NCBI GenBank assembly: GCA_963676395.1
Contig: OY781066.1
Span: 576,001-640,000, forward strand
Direction of reading: 5' to 3'
Source: a bacterium
GTDB lineage: Bacteria; Fidelibacterota; Fidelibacteria; Fidelibacterales; Fidelibacteraceae
DNA: 64,000 nt
Position 1 is the first letter of the stretch. Every line of letters starts with the position of its first letter. The notes below the pieces were generated by a model. The model saw only the letters and a program-made list of their open reading frames with translations. It was not told the DNA's origin and searched no databases. Positions 59,204-64,000 of this stretch are shown in pieces. The position numbers and the translations under genes are program-made.

Positions 59204-60085
59204 TTACGTTCCAATCACATATCCCATTTCGAAATAATCAGGTCCGAGATGCGGCATATGTGCAAAGTTTGAGTAGTTTAATTCGAAATAGAGGTTCCAA
59301 GCAAGTTCCTCTGCAGCGGCCTCTAACAGTTTTTTCATATAAAGACATTCTTTATCATGTCCGCTTACATAAGACATACAAACCGTAAGTTTCTTGCTGT
59401 TCTTTTCGGCCATATGTTCTTTAATGGTAGAAATAAAACGGGCACATGCCTGCTTGTAATTTCTTGCTTTACCCATGGCCTTAATCTCACCGGATCCGGG
59501 AACAGCATACAATAAAGGAATAATTCCCAATGCCGTACCCATCACGGCAGATGCCAAACCTACACGACCACCTCTGTGTAAATAGAACAAATCATATAAA
59601 GCACCCATTACATGAGTATTCCCAACATTCTTTTCAAGAATAGCTAAGCATTCTTCACGAGTAGCGTCCTTACCATCGAGCTCATTTAACATAGCGATAA
59701 GCTGAACACCTACTCCGGATACCAAGCTCTTCGTATCAAAAGATTTTACATCAAATTCCGGATGATTTTCTAATGCGGCTTTTAATCCTTCCGCTGTAGC
59801 TTGAGTATTTCTCAAGGCTTGAGTTATCACGATCATTTCTTCGCCTTTGTTCTTTTCAAAGGCTTCAACGAACATAGCTTCGGATGCTCCAATGGTCGTG
59901 ATCTTGTTGTTCTTATCTCTCATGAGCTTAACAAACTTTTCTTTTTCTTCACGCCAATTGGGCATATCCCACGACTGTGGGTACTCTTCCCCGTTTAACA
60001 GAACGGGCATATCAACAATAGTTAAACCTAATTCTTTAATTCGTTCGGGTTCTAATTGACAAGTACTATCAATAACGATCTTCAT
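59204..60085 (-). CDS. DegV-family fatty acid binding protein (FakB-like) 1
   Basis: KIVIDST, FDTKSLVSG, LFYLHRGGRVG, HLGP; ATG follows GGAGGA. Confidence 0.85.
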   Translation of the reverse strand: MKIVIDSTCQLEPERIKELGLTIVDMPVLLNGEEYPQSWDMPNWREEKEKFVKLMRDKNNKITTIGASEAMFVEAFEKNKGEEMIVITQALRNTQATAEGLKAALENHPEFDVKSFDTKSLVSGVGVQLIAMLNELDGKDATREECLAILEKNVGNTHVMGALYDLFYLHRGGRVGLASAVMGTALGIIPLLYAVPGSGEIKAMGKARNYKQACARFISTIKEHMAEKNSKKLTVCMSYVSGHDKECLYMKKLLEAAAEELAWNLYFELNYSNFAHMPHLGPDYFEMGYVIGT

Positions 60086-60308
60086 TGTCACTCCTCCTGA
60101 TTTGCATTAAGTATAAACAAAAATATTTTTGTATCCAAGTTTCAATTGTCTGAGTTTAGGGTAGCGTTTTAAATACCGAACACGGTTTACCAGTGCGATT
60201 AGCTAAACGTAAAATCAGAATAATTATTACTCGGCAACCATAGATTTTAAGCCAAGGCTATTATAATTCATTCAATTATCCTCAGAAAACATCATAACAT
60301 TTATTCTT

Positions 60309-61190
60309 CTATGTATGAATAACATAACCCATTTCATAAAAATCCGGTCCCATATGGGGCAGTAACGAGAAATTACTATGATGAATATAGACTTTTGTAT
60401 CCCAACCAAGTTCTTCCGATGCTCTTTCAAGCTGCGCCTTCATATGTTCACATTCTTTGTTGTGCTCATTCGTATAGGCCATATTCACCGTTAACTTTTT
60501 ACTACTATTTTTATTCATCTCATCTTTTATAGCTGATAAAAATCGTGCATTTGCCTGTTTAAAATTCCGAACTTTTCCGGTGGACTTCAACATGCCTGAT
60601 TGTGGTGTTGAAGATAAGAGTGGATAAAGGTGCAAAGCCGTTGCCATAGCAGCTTTTGCAAAACCAAGCCTCCCGCTTCTATGCAAATAAAAAAGATCAT
60701 ATAAAAGACCAACCACCCAGGCATTCTCACGATTTTTTTCAAGAATGGCATAAGCTTCATCTCGATTAAGCTTTTTATCTTCCATTTCTCGTAATAATGC
60801 TAAGCCTTGTACACCGACGCCTGAAGCCAAAATTTCCGTATCAAAGACTTTTACATCATATTCCGGATGTTCTTTCAGAACTTTTTTCAATGAATGACCT
60901 GTGGCTTTGCTATTATTCAGGGACTGAGTGATTAAGAGAATCTCTTCCCCTCTATACTTTTCAAAGATCTCGGTAAAAGTTTTTTCAGTAATTCCCGATG
61001 TTGCAGGTTTATTGTTCTTTTCACGTATTAATTCAATATATTTTTGCTTTTCTTCCCTGATATTGGGAGCATCCCATTGAGTTTTATATTCTTCACCATT
61101 GAGGTACAATGGGTAATCAATGAAACCCAAACTCAATTCTTTAATAACTTGCGGTTCAATTTGACAGGTACTGTCAATAATAATCTTCAT
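60309..61190 (-). CDS. DegV-family fatty acid binding protein (FakB-like) 2
   Basis: KIIIDST, FDTEILASG, LFYLHRSGRLG, HMGP; clear paralog of the neighbouring gene. Confidence 0.85.
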   Translation of the reverse strand: MKIIIDSTCQIEPQVIKELSLGFIDYPLYLNGEEYKTQWDAPNIREEKQKYIELIREKNNKPATSGITEKTFTEIFEKYRGEEILLITQSLNNSKATGHSLKKVLKEHPEYDVKVFDTEILASGVGVQGLALLREMEDKKLNRDEAYAILEKNRENAWVVGLLYDLFYLHRSGRLGFAKAAMATALHLYPLLSSTPQSGMLKSTGKVRNFKQANARFLSAIKDEMNKNSSKKLTVNMAYTNEHNKECEHMKAQLERASEELGWDTKVYIHHSNFSLLPHMGPDFYEMGYVIHT

Positions 61191-61479
61191 ACTTATTCCT
61201 CCAGCGTGTTGCCGTATTATAGGGATTCTTTATTATAAATACACTTATTTATTTGGGGTTAAATTTACAGGTTTAGGGTTTAAGGTCATTAGGATAATTT
61301 TAGCTTATCGAAGTATTTTGGCTTCCGTATTCTGGATTCCGGTATCCTTTGATCTTTCACTTTATTCATTAATCATAATTGCCTCAATTCTCAATCGAAT
61401 TGTCAATTATCCTTTGTCAATCATCAATTTTATTGTATTTTCCCTCAAACTAAAGAAAGAACGAATATTGGAGAATAAG

Positions 61480-63867
61480 ATGAAAAGATTTTTTCTTCCG
61501 CTGATGCTTGTCATATTGCTTCTTGGGTGTTCAGTAGCACCTCAGACACAATTGGATATACTTCCCGTTCAATCGGTATTCAGCGGAGACACTGCCACTA
61601 TTGTAACACAAGACATATTCTTTGCGGAAAAATATAATGATATTACTTTCAGTGAACACCCGCATTTAAAGGTGAAGCTAAGTAATGATGGTAAAGAACT
61701 CAAATTATATGCCGATAGAGAATTTGCCGGTTATACAAGTATTTCTTTCATGAAAGGATTTACAAAATTTGAATTACCCGTAAAGGTAATCGATAGAAAA
61801 TTTATCACATTCTCATATGTACCTCAAGAAAACGAAATAATTAATAAAGTCTGCGTATTCGGAAATTTCAACTTCTGGCTAAGAGACCAACTTGTAATGA
61901 AAAAACAAAGTGACGGTTCTTTTTCTATTACCATCCCCTTTGAGCCCGGCCAATACGAGTATTTATTTAAAGTAGATGACAAAGAAATCCTTGATCCTTC
62001 TAACCCCAAATCAGTCCCTAACGGTCTTGGCGGATTTAACTCTCCCCTTAAAGTACTGCCTTCATTTACAGGCAAAAGTCCTTTTATCACACCTATTGAT
62101 TATAATGTAAACAAAGACCTTGTCCTTCGCTATCGCATTCTTGGGAATGATTATAATGGTAAATTCTCACATGATGATTTTATGGTCCTCGTCGATAACC
62201 ACCAATTAAGATCTTGTCGTATTAAAGTTCATAATAATATCCTAACTTTACGTATTCCCACACATCTTGCCCAAAATAGTCAAAAAATACGTGTCGTATG
62301 GTCAGGCGATGTTACCACATCAAATCTGGAAGAAATCATTCTTGAAAATGGTCTGCCAAAAAACAATGAAGGTGAATTCATTTGGCAAGATGCTATACTG
62401 TACTCATTAATGCCCGATCGCTTCAAGAATGGTAACCCTTCAAATGATTCACCTGCGAAGCATCCAAAGCTGGCTGATCGAGCTAATTTTAACGGCGGTG
62501 ATTTTCAAGGTATAATCGGCAAACTTGATGAAGGTTATTTTAATGAATTAGGCGTTAACACCTTGTGGATACTTCCCTTTATTAAAAACACACCTAACGC
62601 TTACATGGAAACACCACCTCCACATCGTATTTTCAGCGGTTATCACGGCTACTGGCCAATCTCAAGTCGCGAAGTAGACCCTCATTATGGCACGAATGGT
62701 GATGCGCACACTCTCATCGATGTCGCTCATAAACGAGGATTAAAGGTTTTAATGGATTTTGTATCCAATCATGTTCATCAGGAACATCCCTATTATCAAG
62801 ATCATCCTGAATGGTTTGGTCGATATATTTTACCTGACGGACGCGAAAATCTCCGCTTATTCGATGAATATCGTTTAAGCACATGGTTCGAATCTTATTT
62901 ACCCTCGTTTGATTATTTCAATGCTCCGGAAGCCATCGATACGATGGTAGCAGATGCTATCTGGTGGTTAAAGGAATATAATATTGATGGTTTTCGGCAC
63001 GACGCCGTAAAACACGTACCTTCGATCTTCTGGCGTGAGCTCACCAAAGAGATCCGGAGAAATTTCCCTAATAAAGATGTCTATCAAATAGGCGAAACCT
63101 TTGGTGATCATTCTTTGATATCCTCTTATGTAAACAACGGTCAGCTCTCAGCTCAATTCAATTTTAATCTCTATTGGCCGGCTCGCTATGCTTTTGCAGT
63201 TGAGGATGAAAGTTTTAGCGGCTTAGCAGCCGAAATGGAACGCGTCATTGATATCTATGGTCAAAACCATCTCATGGCTAACCTTATGGATTCTCATGAT
63301 CAACCTCGATATCCTGCATATCTGGAAGGCGACCTGGACTGGAGTGACAATGCCGCTGAATTCGGTTGGCACAACGACATTCAAATTGACGATCCTGTAA
63401 CCTACGACAAGATCGAAATGTATTACTCATACTTAATGACCATCCCCGGACCACCCACAATCTACTATGGAAATGAGATCGGTCTCACCGGAGCCGCCGA
63501 CCCCGACAATCGTCGCATGATGCCCTGGAAGTATACTCAACGACAAAAAGAACTCAAAAAACATATTTCCTCACTAACTGCACTGCGCAGTAAACATCCC
63601 GCATTGCGCTATGGTGATTATTATACCATCCGTGCAGATAAATCGGTCTACTCTTATCTACGATCTGATTTTAATGAGCGAATCCTTGTCGTGATTTACC
63701 GAAATAAATTTGCCGGCAAGGTCAACATTGAGCTACCCGCAGGATTACATACCGGCAAATTTGAATGCTTAAATACAAATGCCAAACTAGAGCAAGATGT
63801 CCTGAATGAAAATATTTTTCATTTGGAAGCTCAGCCGTTTAGTGGATATATATTTCTTATGAAATAA
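61480..63867 (+). CDS. GH13 alpha-amylase/neopullulanase-like lipoprotein with CBM48-like domain
   Basis: Start placed at MKRFFLP (GGAG upstream, lipobox LLGC); FGNFNFW...GQYEYLFKVD CBM48; PDRFKNG, YHGYW, DFVSNH, DGFRHDAVKH, GETF, DSHD. Confidence 0.9.
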   Translation: MKRFFLPLMLVILLLGCSVAPQTQLDILPVQSVFSGDTATIVTQDIFFAEKYNDITFSEHPHLKVKLSNDGKELKLYADREFAGYTSISFMKGFTKFELPVKVIDRKFITFSYVPQENEIINKVCVFGNFNFWLRDQLVMKKQSDGSFSITIPFEPGQYEYLFKVDDKEILDPSNPKSVPNGLGGFNSPLKVLPSFTGKSPFITPIDYNVNKDLVLRYRILGNDYNGKFSHDDFMVLVDNHQLRSCRIKVHNNILTLRIPTHLAQNSQKIRVVWSGDVTTSNLEEIILENGLPKNNEGEFIWQDAILYSLMPDRFKNGNPSNDSPAKHPKLADRANFNGGDFQGIIGKLDEGYFNELGVNTLWILPFIKNTPNAYMETPPPHRIFSGYHGYWPISSREVDPHYGTNGDAHTLIDVAHKRGLKVLMDFVSNHVHQEHPYYQDHPEWFGRYILPDGRENLRLFDEYRLSTWFESYLPSFDYFNAPEAIDTMVADAIWWLKEYNIDGFRHDAVKHVPSIFWRELTKEIRRNFPNKDVYQIGETFGDHSLISSYVNNGQLSAQFNFNLYWPARYAFAVEDESFSGLAAEMERVIDIYGQNHLMANLMDSHDQPRYPAYLEGDLDWSDNAAEFGWHNDIQIDDPVTYDKIEMYYSYLMTIPGPPTIYYGNEIGLTGAADPDNRRMMPWKYTQRQKELKKHISSLTALRSKHPALRYGDYYTIRADKSVYSYLRSDFNERILVVIYRNKFAGKVNIELPAGLHTGKFECLNTNAKLEQDVLNENIFHLEAQPFSGYIFLMK

Positions 63868-63884
63868 AAAAAACCGTTAAGTAT

Positions 63885-63920
63885 AAAAAAAGAGCCTTGG
63901 AATAATCCGAGGCTCTTTTT
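63885..63920. terminator. bidirectional intrinsic terminator
   Basis: AAAAAGAGCCTTGGA-ATAA-TCCGAGGCTCTTTTT with A- and T-tracts on both sides. Confidence 0.8.
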
Positions 63921-64000
63921 ATTTATCAAAAAGCATCCTAAGTTCGCTTTTCCACCGTAGCTTTATCTAAGCAAGCAGCACTTAAGCACTCTGCTCATAT

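Noticed and set aside
61318..61479. 54-aa N-terminal extension of the amylase shown in the ORF track
   Set aside because: The TTG start has no RBS, whereas ATG 61480 has GGAG and begins a proper lipoprotein signal peptide.
21..62090. Many 60-160 aa antisense or alternate-frame ORFs in the track
   Set aside because: They lie within well-supported genes and show no motifs; the duplicated ones simply reflect the 1-kb repeat.
63925..64000. Possible structured RNA at the window end (minus-strand GCAGAGUGC-UUAA-GUGCUGC hairpin)
   Set aside because: Truncated by the window edge. It could equally be the end of a CDS (...YEQSA*) plus UTR, and it matches no RNA family I recognise.
1..64000. CRISPR array, integron, prophage, IS element or defence island
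   Set aside because: No regular repeat-spacer array, attC series, integrase, transposase, phage or defence gene was recognised.

Overview
AT-rich (roughly mid-30s % GC by eye) chromosomal segment of a diderm FCB-superphylum bacterium. T9SS-type C-terminal sorting domains, a PorV/PorQ-family barrel and SusD-less TonB receptors suggest a non-Bacteroidia lineage such as Marinimicrobia, KSB1 or Calditrichota (inference only). Housekeeping genes: ruvB (partial), gatB-coaX-OMP-rsmE, nadC-miaA-queF, lpdA, ffs-dnaX, and parA-parB-M23-bactofilin running directly into a V/A-type ATPase operon (E-C-like-A-B-D-I-K) with Na+-type ligands. Accessory content: (i) an 18-kb outer-membrane locus (32.1-50.3 kb) with two copies of a [TonB receptor + ~750-aa secreted FN3 protein with a variant sorting tail + lipoprotein] module around one PorV/PorQ barrel, the best candidate for an undescribed system; (ii) two tandem T9SS-secreted phosphodiester glycosidases with divergent heads and a ~1-kb near-identical tail, next to a purple acid phosphatase; (iii) a degV-degV-fakA-plsY fatty-acid-kinase operon between two GH13 lipoprotein genes and a Na+:solute symporter; (iv) a PAS kinase/receiver pair and an SH3/Zn-ribbon membrane protein flanked by REP-like hairpins. 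GATC and CCGG look enriched in the core gene I counted. No CRISPR array, rRNA, tRNA, transposase or integrase was seen. All calls come from motif recognition by eye; no searches were run.
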